Positions 42,602-52,455 of a stretch of DNA of 64,000 nt are shown here, in pieces. Origin of the DNA: an uncultured Gammaproteobacteria bacterium (GTDB lineage: Bacteria; Patescibacteriota; Patescibacteriia; Patescibacteriales; UBA12465); NCBI GenBank assembly GCA_964435515.1, contig CAYSZD010000004.1, forward strand, positions 11,955 to 75,954. The letters run 5' to 3'. The position numbers and the translations under genes were made by a program. The notes beneath the pieces are model-generated. The model saw only the letters and a list, made by a program, of their open reading frames with translations, had not been told where the DNA came from and did no database searches. The first letter of the stretch is position 1, and the number at the start of each line of letters is the position of its first letter.

Positions 42602-43555
42602 TTAGAGAAATCCTAAAATTTTAGTCTTTACTTTTTTAGTAGTTTTATTCTTAGATTTTAATATTTTTAGAGCTTCTTGATAGCTAGCTTGATGATGAAT
42701 CATGGCGCTGATAGCTCTGCCTAATGATGTTGCCTCTTTTAATGAGCGTTGGTGCAGATTGCGACCGATAGCTAAACCAGAGGAGCCGTTCTTTAATTGT
42801 CTGTCTAAGTGTTTAAGTAAGTCCTCAGCTTTTTGACGACTGCCACCAACACATATTACTTGAGTTCTACCGGCTGCCTCTATTACTTCTTGAAATTCGC
42901 TGGCTTTTTTGTCTGTATTAGCAGTTTTGTATGGATATTTTACTTTAACAAAATCTGCTCCAAGGGAAGTGGCTACTCCAGCCCCTCCAGCAACAAGATG
43001 TGGATCATCTTCATTCTTTATTTTTGGGTGACGAGGATACATCCAAATAATAGCCAGCATGCCAGCTTTATGAGCCGCTTCAATTGTGCTAGCTGCTTCT
43101 TGTAGCATTTTAGCCTCTTCTTTACTACCTAAATAAATAGTGTGTCCTAAGCCTACTATTTTTAAGTTACTTTGTTCTTTAAAATTAATAATTTTATCTA
43201 TATCTAAATTAGGAGCACTATAGGGAGCATCTTTAGAGTCATTTAAATTAGTTTTTCCATTTACTTTTAGAATAAATGGTATTTTATTATAGTCCTTGCC
43301 GTATCTGTCTAATAATCCAATATGAGTTGCTAAAATAGCCCCTGGAATACTACTAGCAATTTTAAAAAGATGTTCAGGTTTATTATCTTCTAAGCTAATG
43401 CCTGGCCCATAGAAATCATCATTTAAATGTTCCATTTTTTGGTCCCCTGCAAAAAGCAATAATTTACCAGTATTTTTAGTGGCCAAAATATAGTTATTTT
43501 TAAATTCGCCTCGTTTATTTCTTGGAACTGACAAGGGGATGATAAATTTATTCAT
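42602..43555 (-). CDS. class I fructose-bisphosphate aldolase (archaeal-type, DhnA/FbaB family)
   Basis: LLLFAGDQKMEHL..., ILKVNGKTNL and GADFVKVKYP (Schiff-base Lys region) are typical of the DeoC/FbaB TIM-barrel aldolases. Confidence 0.75.
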   Translation of the reverse strand: MNKFIIPLSVPRNKRGEFKNNYILATKNTGKLLLFAGDQKMEHLNDDFYGPGISLEDNKPEHLFKIASSIPGAILATHIGLLDRYGKDYNKIPFILKVNGKTNLNDSKDAPYSAPNLDIDKIINFKEQSNLKIVGLGHTIYLGSKEEAKMLQEAASTIEAAHKAGMLAIIWMYPRHPKIKNEDDPHLVAGGAGVATSLGADFVKVKYPYKTANTDKKASEFQEVIEAAGRTQVICVGGSRQKAEDLLKHLDRQLKNGSSGLAIGRNLHQRSLKEATSLGRAISAMIHHQASYQEALKILKSKNKTTKKVKTKILGFL

Positions 43556-43632
43556 ATTTTTCTTGAATGTTATTTTCTTTTAAAATTTTTAAAAGCTATG
43601 CTATAATTGATTAATATAATTATATCATATTT

Positions 43633-44541
43633 ATGAAGAAGAAAGAAAGTTCAAAAGCAGGAGTTGATTTAAAAAAATATAAAACCAAGAATAGTTTAAG
43701 TTTAGGACAAATGAAACTTGGTTTATGGCTCTCTACTAATAGGCGTCGATTAACTAGAATTATAATTATTTTTTTAATAATTTGCTCAGCTAGTTTTTTT
43801 ACTTATTCTAGTTATCATTATATTGTTTATTTTCTCTATGGCAGAGAAGCTGATAAAAAATTAGCCGCTTCTTTAGCTGAAAATCTTATTGATATGCAAA
43901 GTTATAGAGAAGCGACAGCTCCGCAGATTATATCGGCTGGACAAGTAAATAGTTTTTCGGTTAATGGTAAAAAGGATTTTGTCGTGTCTTTAAAAAATTC
44001 TAATTTAAATTATTACGGAGTGTTTGATTATTGCTTACAGGATTCACAAAAAAATGACATTGCTTGTGCTAGTAGTTTTATTTTGCCTAATTCAGAAAAA
44101 CAGTTAATTTTAACATCACAAGATATTAAAGAAAATACTAGCAATTTAAGTTTTCAGGCGGTTAACGTTTATTGGCAAAGATTGAATTATCGCGAAATTC
44201 CTGATTGGAATAGTTATTTGCAAGAACGTTTAAATATAACTATTAGCAACTTAGTTTATTCAAAGCCAGATTATAATGCTCGTACACCTTTGCACGAAGT
44301 GTCTTTTACGATTAAAAATAATAGTCCTTATCATTTTGCTAAATTACCATTAGATATTATACTTTCTAACGGCAGTTCAATTAGTGGTGTTAATGTTTAT
44401 AATTTAAACAATTTTATGTCACTTGAAACTAGGGATTTAAGAATTTCGTGGCCAGCTGCTGGTGAAAGAGCTAGTAGCGTAGAGATAGTTCCGGACGTAA
44501 ACATTTTGGACGAAAATGTATTTTTACCTTATCGAGGTTAA
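43633..44541 (+). CDS. single-pass membrane protein translationally coupled to the SEDS gene, unknown function
   Basis: Basic N-terminus, a TM helix (IIIIFLIICSASFFTYSSY) and a ~230-aa beta-rich exodomain. Its stop overlaps the next start (TAATG at 44539-44543). Confidence 0.6.
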   Translation: MKKKESSKAGVDLKKYKTKNSLSLGQMKLGLWLSTNRRRLTRIIIIFLIICSASFFTYSSYHYIVYFLYGREADKKLAASLAENLIDMQSYREATAPQIISAGQVNSFSVNGKKDFVVSLKNSNLNYYGVFDYCLQDSQKNDIACASSFILPNSEKQLILTSQDIKENTSNLSFQAVNVYWQRLNYREIPDWNSYLQERLNITISNLVYSKPDYNARTPLHEVSFTIKNNSPYHFAKLPLDIILSNGSSISGVNVYNLNNFMSLETRDLRISWPAAGERASSVEIVPDVNILDENVFLPYRG

Positions 44542-45653
44542 TGCTTATGAGGCATCAATTAAAAATATACCTTAAAGCTTTTGATTGGCCGCTAATGGCG
44601 GCCGTTGTTTTATTATCTGCCTTTGGCTTAACTGAGATATATAGCGTAGCCTTGGGTCAAGGTGGCGAAAATCTACTTAATTTCTATAAACAATTAGTAT
44701 TTATTGGTATTGGTATAATATTTTTATTTATTTTTGCTTTTATTGATTATAGGTTTTTAAAAAGTATTCGAAAATATTTATACGCTTTAGCAGTTTTAAT
44801 GTTGGGCGCGGTTTTACTTTTAGGCTCTTCTATTAGGGGCTCAAAGGCTTGGTTTGATATTGCTGGTTTTGGTGTACAGCCGGTGGAAATTGTAAAAGTA
44901 CTCTTACTTATATTTTTGGCTGGTTATTTTGCCGATTTAGCTACTAAAGTTAAGTCCTTGCGGCACTTTATCGCCTCCATGTTAATTACTGCTTTTTTAA
45001 TGTTTTTAATTTTACTTCAACCTGATTTTGGTTCAGCCTTAATGTTAGGCTCAATTTGGTTAGTCTTAGTTTTAGTGGTAGATTTTCCTAAAAAATATCT
45101 GTTCTCAATTCTAAGTATTGTGATGGTATTATTTATTTTGGCTTGGTCTTTCTTTTTTCAGGATTATCAACGCAATCGTATCCTTACATTTCTAAATCCT
45201 GGTGAAAATTCACTAGCTGAAGGTTATAATGTGTCTCAGGCAATTATTGCTGTTGGTTCTGGTAATTGGCACGGTAAAGGGGTTGGCTTTGGTTCTCAAT
45301 CACAACTCAAATTTTTACCAGAAGCTCAAACTGACTTTATTTTTGCAGTAATCGCTGAAGAATTGGGATTTTTAGGCTCTAGCTTAATGTTATTGTTCTT
45401 TGCCTTATTTTTTGGTCGTTGTATTATTGCTATACGAAATTTACACAATGATTTCAGCATTTATTTCATTTTAGGAGCAGTGGGCTTGATTTTTATTCAA
45501 ATGTTTATTAATATTGGTATGAACATCGGAATTATGCCTGTAGTGGGTATTGCTCTGCCTTTTGTTAGTTATGGCGGTAGTGCAATTATTTCACTCTTTG
45601 TCTTAACCGGTATTATTCAAAATATTATTATTAAATCAAAAATTAATTATTAG
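44541..45653 (+). CDS. SEDS-family peptidoglycan glycosyltransferase (RodA/FtsW/SpoVE)
   Basis: 10 TM helices, with QPDFGSA, GSQSQLKFLPEAQTDFIFA and LPFVSYGGSA motifs. Confidence 0.9.
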   Translation: MLMRHQLKIYLKAFDWPLMAAVVLLSAFGLTEIYSVALGQGGENLLNFYKQLVFIGIGIIFLFIFAFIDYRFLKSIRKYLYALAVLMLGAVLLLGSSIRGSKAWFDIAGFGVQPVEIVKVLLLIFLAGYFADLATKVKSLRHFIASMLITAFLMFLILLQPDFGSALMLGSIWLVLVLVVDFPKKYLFSILSIVMVLFILAWSFFFQDYQRNRILTFLNPGENSLAEGYNVSQAIIAVGSGNWHGKGVGFGSQSQLKFLPEAQTDFIFAVIAEELGFLGSSLMLLFFALFFGRCIIAIRNLHNDFSIYFILGAVGLIFIQMFINIGMNIGIMPVVGIALPFVSYGGSAIISLFVLTGIIQNIIIKSKINY

Positions 45654-45702
45654 TCGCCTCCGACAGGATGATTTCCAGGAGCAGGCGCGCTAAGCAGCTA
45701 AT

Positions 45703-46332
45703 ATGGAATTAAAATTATCAGCGAAAATCAGAGAAAAGAAAGAAAAGATAAAAGATCAAGAATTAGCAGCCGTTTTATATGGTCGCGATCAAGAAGCATT
45801 ATCTTTAACTTTAAATTACAATGAATTTGATAAATTATTTACCGTGGCCGGTGAATCAAATTTAATATCATTACAATTAGGAGATAAAAGCTTTCCAGTT
45901 TTAGTTAAAGCTATTCAAAGAGACGTAATTAAAGATACATATATTCATATTGATTTTTACAAAGTTAATATGAAAGAAAAAGTTAAGGCAGATATTCCAG
46001 TTAAATTCTCAGGTGAAGCTAGAGCAATAAAAGAATTAGGTGCAGTCTTTATCACTAACATCGATGAATTATCGGTAGAGTGTCTACCAAGTGATTTAGT
46101 TGATCACATTGAAATAGATATCTCATCTTTGCAAGAATTTGGTGATGCTATTAGGGTTGAAGATATTACTGTGCCAAAAGGTATTCATTTATTTCATGAA
46201 TCACATGAAATTATCTGTGTAGCTGAAGAGCCAAAGAAAGTAGAGGAGAAGGTTGAAGTAGTAGAAGTTGCAGAAGAGAAGGAAGCTGGTGAAACAGATA
46301 AGAAAGAAGAAAAAGCTGAAGAGAAAAAATAA
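45703..46332 (+). CDS. rplY: 50S ribosomal protein L25/general stress protein Ctc
   Basis: RKEK...LAAVLYGR...FPVLVKAIQRD.I....HIDFYKV, plus the Ctc C-terminal domain and an acidic/Lys tail. Confidence 0.85.
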   Translation: MELKLSAKIREKKEKIKDQELAAVLYGRDQEALSLTLNYNEFDKLFTVAGESNLISLQLGDKSFPVLVKAIQRDVIKDTYIHIDFYKVNMKEKVKADIPVKFSGEARAIKELGAVFITNIDELSVECLPSDLVDHIEIDISSLQEFGDAIRVEDITVPKGIHLFHESHEIICVAEEPKKVEEKVEVVEVAEEKEAGETDKKEEKAEEKK

Positions 46333-46348
46333 TACAAATTTTAACGCT

Positions 46349-47431
46349 ATGAGGAATATGCGTTTTGAAAAAATATCTACAAAAGGAAAGGCGATTTTAA
46401 TCGCCTCTCTTTTTATAATAATTATATCAGCCGGGGGATTATATTATCTCATATTTAGTCCTGATTGGAATTTTTTAGATTTATTGAAAGCTAAAGAAGA
46501 TATACCACCAGTAACAGCTGTAGTTGTAGATGAAAAGCCAGTTGAATTATGTCTAGATTGTGCTAATCGTTGGTTAGATGGTTTAAGTGTGGCTAAGGAA
46601 AAGGCAGAAAGTTTTCCAGTAGCAATTATGATAGATAACGATCCTTTAGCTCGACCACAACCAGCTTTATCAAAGGCTCTGCTTGTCTATGAAGCGCCAG
46701 TAGAAGGCGGCATAACTAGATATATGGCTATTTATACTGCTGATATGGATATTGCTAAAATAGGGCCAATTAGAAGTGCTCGTCCTTATTTTGTGGCCAT
46801 TGCTGACGAATTAAAAGCTCTGTATATGCATGTTGGTGGTAGTCCAGAAGCATTAACTTTAATTAACGCAGCTAAGCTTTATGATTTAAATGAGTTCTAT
46901 AATGAGAAGTATTTTTGGCGGGACTATAATTTACCAGCGCCACATTATATTTTTAGTAATCAGGAAAAATGGCAAAGCTATTTAGATGCTCGTGGTTTAA
47001 ATGAAAGACAAGCAGATGCTTGGTTATTTAAAGAGGAGGAGCCGAAAGGAGAAACAAGTCCTGATATTGATATTATTTTTAGTATAAATTTTAAGGCAAG
47101 TTGGCGTTATGATTCAGAAAATAATGAATATTTACGTTTTTTTAACGGACAAGAAGCTAGAGATGAGGAAGCGCAAATAAAAGCTAAAAACGTTATTATT
47201 CAAATAGTTGATAGTGAAGTGTTGGATAGCTTAGGTCGTTTAGCTATTGATGTTAGAGGGGAAGGAAAGGCCATGGCTTGTATTGATGGTATTTGTCAGG
47301 ATGCTTATTGGCAGAAACAAGGTGATAATAGAACTAGATATTATAATTCAGAAAATAATGAAGAAATAAAATTCAATCCAGGGATAAGCTGGATTGAATT
47401 AGCTGATAGTTATACTAAAATTGTCTACTAA
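46349..47431 (+). CDS. DUF3048-domain secreted protein
   Basis: TM anchor followed by PVAIMIDNDPLARPQPALSKALLVYEAPVEGGITRYMAIY...IGPIRSARPYFV. The track start at 46268 overlaps rplY and is rejected. Confidence 0.75.
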   Translation: MRNMRFEKISTKGKAILIASLFIIIISAGGLYYLIFSPDWNFLDLLKAKEDIPPVTAVVVDEKPVELCLDCANRWLDGLSVAKEKAESFPVAIMIDNDPLARPQPALSKALLVYEAPVEGGITRYMAIYTADMDIAKIGPIRSARPYFVAIADELKALYMHVGGSPEALTLINAAKLYDLNEFYNEKYFWRDYNLPAPHYIFSNQEKWQSYLDARGLNERQADAWLFKEEEPKGETSPDIDIIFSINFKASWRYDSENNEYLRFFNGQEARDEEAQIKAKNVIIQIVDSEVLDSLGRLAIDVRGEGKAMACIDGICQDAYWQKQGDNRTRYYNSENNEEIKFNPGISWIELADSYTKIVY

Positions 47432-47438
47432 GTCTAAA

Positions 47439-48305
47439 TTATATATTTGATATAGTGATAAAACGAGTTTGACCGCTAAGGTCAGACTCTTTTTTTATCT
47501 TTATTTCAGTAAATTCTTTTTGACAAATTTCAATCAATTTATTAGCTTGAGTTGGATTTATTTCCATGATAATAAAAAACTTATGAGAGTGATTTATTTG
47601 TTTTAATTGTTTTAACATTTGTCGATAATAGCTTAAACCATCTTTGCCGCCTATTAAAGCTCTATCTGGTTCAAAACGAATGCTAATTTCAGATTTACGT
47701 TCTAGAGCTGTGAGATAGGGAAGATTAGCCATTATAATTATTATGCTATCGGAGTGTTTGTGAATATCTTTTAAAAAGGGAATAGCTAAATGACCAGTTT
47801 TAAATTTAATCTTATTTTGCAGATTGTATAATTTACTGTTTAACTTAGCTGTCTTTATTGTTGGTTTATAAATATCACTGGCTAGAAAGTTAGAATTTTG
47901 ATAGCTGTTTTTATGTTTTAGAGCTAATTCTTGAGCCATTGATATAATTAAAGCTCCGGAGCCAGTACCAATGTCTATAAATAGATTTTTATTTTGATTT
48001 TTAATTGCTTTAGTGAGAATAATATTAATAATTTCTTCACTTTCTGGTCTAGGTATGAGAGTATTCTTGTTAACTATAAATTTTCGACCATAGAAATATT
48101 GTTCTTTAATAATATAGGCAAGAGGATAGCCAGTTTTTAATTTAATTAAACTTTTGTGTAGCTGTTTATATTGTTTGGTACTTAATCGTAGCTCTGGATG
48201 AGCTAAAATCGTACTTTTTTCTTTATTTAAAAAAAACTCTAAAAGAGATAGAGCTTTTTTTTGTTCTTTAATATCTAGTGTGGCTAAAACTTCCTTGACG
48301 GTCAT
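47439..48305 (-). CDS. prmC: release-factor glutamine N5-methyltransferase PrmC/HemK
   Basis: SAM motif DIGTGSGA and the substrate motif NLPY (an NPPY variant). It lies 1 nt downstream of prfA. Confidence 0.8.
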   Translation of the reverse strand: MTVKEVLATLDIKEQKKALSLLEFFLNKEKSTILAHPELRLSTKQYKQLHKSLIKLKTGYPLAYIIKEQYFYGRKFIVNKNTLIPRPESEEIINIILTKAIKNQNKNLFIDIGTGSGALIISMAQELALKHKNSYQNSNFLASDIYKPTIKTAKLNSKLYNLQNKIKFKTGHLAIPFLKDIHKHSDSIIIIMANLPYLTALERKSEISIRFEPDRALIGGKDGLSYYRQMLKQLKQINHSHKFFIIMEINPTQANKLIEICQKEFTEIKIKKESDLSGQTRFITISNI

Positions 48306-48306
48306 A

Positions 48307-49344
48307 TTATGAACGTAATTCCTTTTTGGCGCTTTTAATAATATCTTCTAAATCTCCATCCATTACAGCATTCAGATTGTGCCAATTTTTTCCTAAACGA
48401 TGATCACTTAAGCGATCTTGGGGAAAATTATATGTCTTTATCTTATCACTCCTATCACCAGTACCTACTTGATTTTTACGGGCGCTGGACTCAGAGGCCA
48501 TTCTTTCTTCCTCTTGTTTAGCTAACAGTCTAGAACGAAGTACTTGTAGGGCTTTTTCTTTATTTTGATGTTGTGATTTTTGATCTTGGCAGCTAACAAT
48601 CAGGCCAGTTGGTAGATGAAGAATGCGGATAGCTGAATAAGTGGTGTTTACACTTTGACCTCCTGGTCCGCTAGAACAGAAAGTATCTATTCTAATATCG
48701 GCCGGATTAATAGCAATATCAACTTCTTCGGCTTCTGGTAGAACTACTACGGTGGCAGTTGAGGTGTGTACTCGTCCTTGCTTTTCTGTTTCAGGAACTC
48801 TTTGAACACGATGAGTGCCAGCTTCATATTTCAGTAATCCATAGGCACCGATACCTTTTACTAGAAAAATAACTTCCTTAAAACCACCAATACCAATAAC
48901 GCTAGAATCAATCATTTCATTTTTCCAGCCTTGTCTTTCACAAAATCTGATATACATTTTAAATAAGTCTCCAGCAAAGAGAGCGGCTTCATCGCCACCT
49001 GCTCCAGCTCTAATTTCAATAATGGCGTTTTTGTGATCATTAGGGCCTTGAGGATGGCGAGCTTCTTCGATTTTTTCTTTGATGTCAGTTAATTTAAGTT
49101 CTAAATCTTTTAGTTCTTGTTCGGCAAATTCTTTCATTTCCGCTTCTTCGCTACTATTTAAGAGAACTTTGCTCTCTTCAATTTCTTTTTCCAATCTTTC
49201 TTCTTCATTGATGAAAGTGATTAATTCTTTTAAGCTTGAATGTTTACGAGCAACTTTAATCATCTCAGCATTATTTTTACTAAGTTCAGGATCGGATAAT
49301 TGAGCCTCTAATTGTTTAAATTGTTCTTTTAAATCTTCGTACAT
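48307..49344 (-). CDS. prfA: peptide chain release factor 1
   Basis: GGQ motif (SGPGGQSVNTT) and the RF1-type P-x-T tripeptide (RVPETEKQGRVHTS). Confidence 0.95.
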   Translation of the reverse strand: MYEDLKEQFKQLEAQLSDPELSKNNAEMIKVARKHSSLKELITFINEEERLEKEIEESKVLLNSSEEAEMKEFAEQELKDLELKLTDIKEKIEEARHPQGPNDHKNAIIEIRAGAGGDEAALFAGDLFKMYIRFCERQGWKNEMIDSSVIGIGGFKEVIFLVKGIGAYGLLKYEAGTHRVQRVPETEKQGRVHTSTATVVVLPEAEEVDIAINPADIRIDTFCSSGPGGQSVNTTYSAIRILHLPTGLIVSCQDQKSQHQNKEKALQVLRSRLLAKQEEERMASESSARKNQVGTGDRSDKIKTYNFPQDRLSDHRLGKNWHNLNAVMDGDLEDIIKSAKKELRS

Positions 49345-49437
49345 AAAAGTATATAAAATAATCAGCCGATATTTCGATAACTATAGTTTATGAAAACAAC
49401 AGTTAGCGACAGCTGATTATTTATGAGAATTCTTATG

Positions 49438-49776
49438 TTATTTGTTTTTTCCTAGAGTTACTTGAGCAATCTTTTTAATATCTTTTGTTTTCACAACTAC
49501 TTCTTTTTTAGCTTTTTCCTTGGCTCGAGCAGCTTTCTTTAGCTTTTTACCTTTCTTATCAGCACCAACAGTTTTTTTAGCAGCTACTTTAGCGCTGAAT
49601 TTTTCAACTCGACGAGCAGTATCTACTAATTTTTGTTTACCAGTATAAAAAGGATGACACTGAGAGCAAAGCTCTACTTTAATTTCAGGTACAGTTGCTC
49701 CAGTACTAAAAGTATTACCACAGACGCAAGTAACTTGGCAGTCAGAATAATATTTAGGATGAATATCTTTTTTCAT
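49438..49776 (-). CDS. rpmE: 50S ribosomal protein L31 (Zn-ribbon type) with ~45-aa Lys/Ala-rich C-terminal extension
   Basis: [10 protein letters not shown]...CVCGNTF...[24 protein letters not shown] is the L31 core. An [30 protein letters not shown]... tail follows. Confidence 0.9.
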   Translation of the reverse strand: MKKDIHPKYYSDCQVTCVCGNTFSTGATVPEIKVELCSQCHPFYTGKQKLVDTARRVEKFSAKVAAKKTVGADKKGKKLKKAARAKEKAKKEVVVKTKDIKKIAQVTLGKNK

Positions 49777-49941
49777 ATTAGATTAAAAGGCGGAAACTGC
49801 CTTTGATGTTATTTCTATTTTTGCGGTAAAGGCGCAAAAAAAGAAAATGATTTTTTTCTTTAATATGCCTAGAATATCATAACTTTTAAAATTAATCAAT
49901 ACCTGATATACTATTTTTATAATTTTTATGGCTTTTTTATT

Positions 49942-51372
49942 ATGCTAAAGGTAGCTAATATTGCAAAAAATACTTCTTATCTCACTATTGCCTTGGTAAT
50001 TCAAAAGATAATCTCATTTGGCTATTTTATACTTTTAGCTCGATTTTTAGGTTTGGACTCTTTGGGGCAATATTATACGGCCCTAGCTTTTACTACTGTT
50101 TTTGCCATTTTTATAGATTTGGGCTTTGCTAATGCTTTAACCAGGGAAGTAGCTAAAGATCAGGATGGAGCTTCTCAGTGGTTAAGGGTGGTTGTGGCTA
50201 TCAAGATAATATTAGCAGCTCTTACTTTATTAGTTGCCCTAGTAATTGCTTTTTTTGTTTATAATCCTTTTCTTTTCGCCTTAATTATAGTGTCTTCCAT
50301 TTCCATGGTTTTAGATTCTTTTACTACGACATTTTTTGCGGTTATCAGAGGTTTTCATAATCTTAAATATGAAAGCATTGCTTCTGTACTTTTTCAATTA
50401 ATTGTAGTTATTTTTGGCTTAGTGGTTATTAAGCTAGGGGCTCCCTTAGTTATATTAATAGCAGTAATTGCCTTGGCTAGTTTTTTTAACTTTTTATTCT
50501 CAATGTTTATTTTAAAAAGAAAAATGAATATCAAAATAGCACCTATTTGGAATAAAGAGATGGCCATAAAAATAATTAGAATTAGTTGGCCTTTTGCTTT
50601 GTATAATATCTTTCAGCGTCTTTTTACTTATTTAGATTCACTGTTGTTAGGTTTTTTATCTGGATACGCTCAAGTGGGAATTTATCAAATAGCTTTTAAA
50701 TTAATTTTTGCTCTACAATTTTTACCCATGGCTTTTACCGCCTCTTTATACCCGGCCATGAGCGCATATTGGCAAAATAATCGTGAACAATTAAAAGTAT
50801 CTTTTGAAAGAGCTTTAAATTATTTATTAATATTAGCCTTGCCAATTATTTTTGGGGTGTTTAGTTTGGCTGATAAAATAACTCCTCTATTTAAAGCTGG
50901 CCCTGAGGCTGTCTGGCCTTTGCGTATTGCTATTTTAGCATTGTTATTTATCTTTTTAAATTTTCCAGTTGGCTCTTTATTAAATGCTTGTGACAGGCAA
51001 AAGAGAAATACTTGGAATATGGGCATTGCTACTTTTGTTAGTGTGTTGCTTAATATAATTTTTATTCCTTTGTGGCAGGCACTTGGCGCTAGCATTACAG
51101 TGCTTATAAGCAATGCTCTAATGCTGATTTTAGGTTTATTTTCTTTAAGAGGTTTAATTAGTTATAACCCTATTAATAATTTAAAACTACTTGCTAAAGC
51201 ACTTTTTGCGGCTATAATAATGGCAGTTCTTATTTATTTTATTAAACATTATGTTCACGTATTTATTGCGGTTGCTATTTCGGGAATATTTTATTTTTTC
51301 GTATTATATATCTTAGGAGGTTTTAAAAAAGCCGATATATTAAGCATTATTCAGTCTTTTAAAAAAACATAA
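49942..51372 (+). CDS. oligosaccharide flippase (Wzx/MOP superfamily polysaccharide biosynthesis protein)
   Basis: 476 aa with ~12-14 TM helices and an N-terminus typical of PF01943. It heads a glycosyltransferase cluster. Confidence 0.8.
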   Translation: MLKVANIAKNTSYLTIALVIQKIISFGYFILLARFLGLDSLGQYYTALAFTTVFAIFIDLGFANALTREVAKDQDGASQWLRVVVAIKIILAALTLLVALVIAFFVYNPFLFALIIVSSISMVLDSFTTTFFAVIRGFHNLKYESIASVLFQLIVVIFGLVVIKLGAPLVILIAVIALASFFNFLFSMFILKRKMNIKIAPIWNKEMAIKIIRISWPFALYNIFQRLFTYLDSLLLGFLSGYAQVGIYQIAFKLIFALQFLPMAFTASLYPAMSAYWQNNREQLKVSFERALNYLLILALPIIFGVFSLADKITPLFKAGPEAVWPLRIAILALLFIFLNFPVGSLLNACDRQKRNTWNMGIATFVSVLLNIIFIPLWQALGASITVLISNALMLILGLFSLRGLISYNPINNLKLLAKALFAAIIMAVLIYFIKHYVHVFIAVAISGIFYFFVLYILGGFKKADILSIIQSFKKT

Positions 51373-51375
51373 GCT

Positions 51376-52455
51376 ATGAAAATTCTACTCGCTACCCTTG
51401 AATATCCGCCTCAGGTAGGCGGAGTGGCTAATTACTATGCTAATTTAAAAAGTGCTTGGCCGGAACCGGAAAATTTTATCATTCTTGATAATAGTGCTGA
51501 TTTACTTCTGGCAAAGCGTCGATATTTTCCTTGGTTGAAATCAATTAGAAGTATAAATGAGGCCTATAAACAAAATCAAGTAGATATAGCTCTTATTGGC
51601 CAAATATTGCCGCTTGGTACTGTTGCTTTAATTTTAAGCTTGTTATCAAAATTTCAATTTGGTATTTTTTTTCATGGTTTAGATTATAGCCTAGCGGTAA
51701 GGAGTCCTTTTAAAAAAACATTAACCAAGCTTATTTTAAAAAGGGCTAAAATTATAGTATGTGCTAATTCTGAGGTTAGCCGTTTGTTGTTAAAACTTTG
51801 TCCTCAGTTTAAAAATAAGATAGAAATTGTTAATCCCGGAGCCAAGCCAAGTAAATTAGATATAATGTCTAGAGATGAATTAGACTTAAAATATAATATT
51901 AAAAATAAAAAAATAATTTTTTCTTTAGGTCGTTTGGTACGTAGAAAGGGTTTTGATCGAGTAATTCAATCTTTAGATAACTTAGATAGAAATGATTTTG
52001 TTTATATTATATGCGGAGAAGGAGAGGAAAAAAGGTATCTACAAGATTTAGCTATAAAGAGTATTTATGTCAAAAATATTATTTTTATAGACAATATTTC
52101 AGAACAAGAGAAGTGGTCATGGCTTGCATTGTGTGATATATTTATAATGCCTTCACGTAATATTGATGGTGATTTTGAGGGTTTTGGTATTGTTTATTTA
52201 GAGGCTAATTTAATGGGTAGTCCGGTTATTGCTGGTGCTAGCGGTGGAGTTGGAGATGCAGTAGTTAATAATTATAATGGCTTATTAATTAATCCAGAAG
52301 ATAATAATGAAATTGCAGCTGCTATAGATAAATTACTTTCTAATCCTGATTTAGCTAAAATATTAGGAGAGCAGGGTAAAGAACGAGCTCTTAAAGAATT
52401 TGATTGGACAGTCTTAGCTAAAAAATTATTTAATAAATTAAAAGTATTATCATGA
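51376..52455 (+). CDS. glycosyltransferase family 4
   Basis: GGVANY N-terminus and the FEGFGIVYLEANLMGSPVIA E-x7-E region. Confidence 0.85.
   Translation: MKILLATLEYPPQVGGVANYYANLKSAWPEPENFIILDNSADLLLAKRRYFPWLKSIRSINEAYKQNQVDIALIGQILPLGTVALILSLLSKFQFGIFFHGLDYSLAVRSPFKKTLTKLILKRAKIIVCANSEVSRLLLKLCPQFKNKIEIVNPGAKPSKLDIMSRDELDLKYNIKNKKIIFSLGRLVRRKGFDRVIQSLDNLDRNDFVYIICGEGEEKRYLQDLAIKSIYVKNIIFIDNISEQEKWSWLALCDIFIMPSRNIDGDFEGFGIVYLEANLMGSPVIAGASGGVGDAVVNNYNGLLINPEDNNEIAAAIDKLLSNPDLAKILGEQGKERALKEFDWTVLAKKLFNKLKVLS

Noticed and set aside
47427-47433. Isolated AAGTCTA half-site between DUF3048 and prmC, and TAGACTT inside lysS (about 55681).
   Set aside because: These are single half-sites without the partner arm. 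They sit at gene ends or inside coding sequence, so they are not counted as operators.
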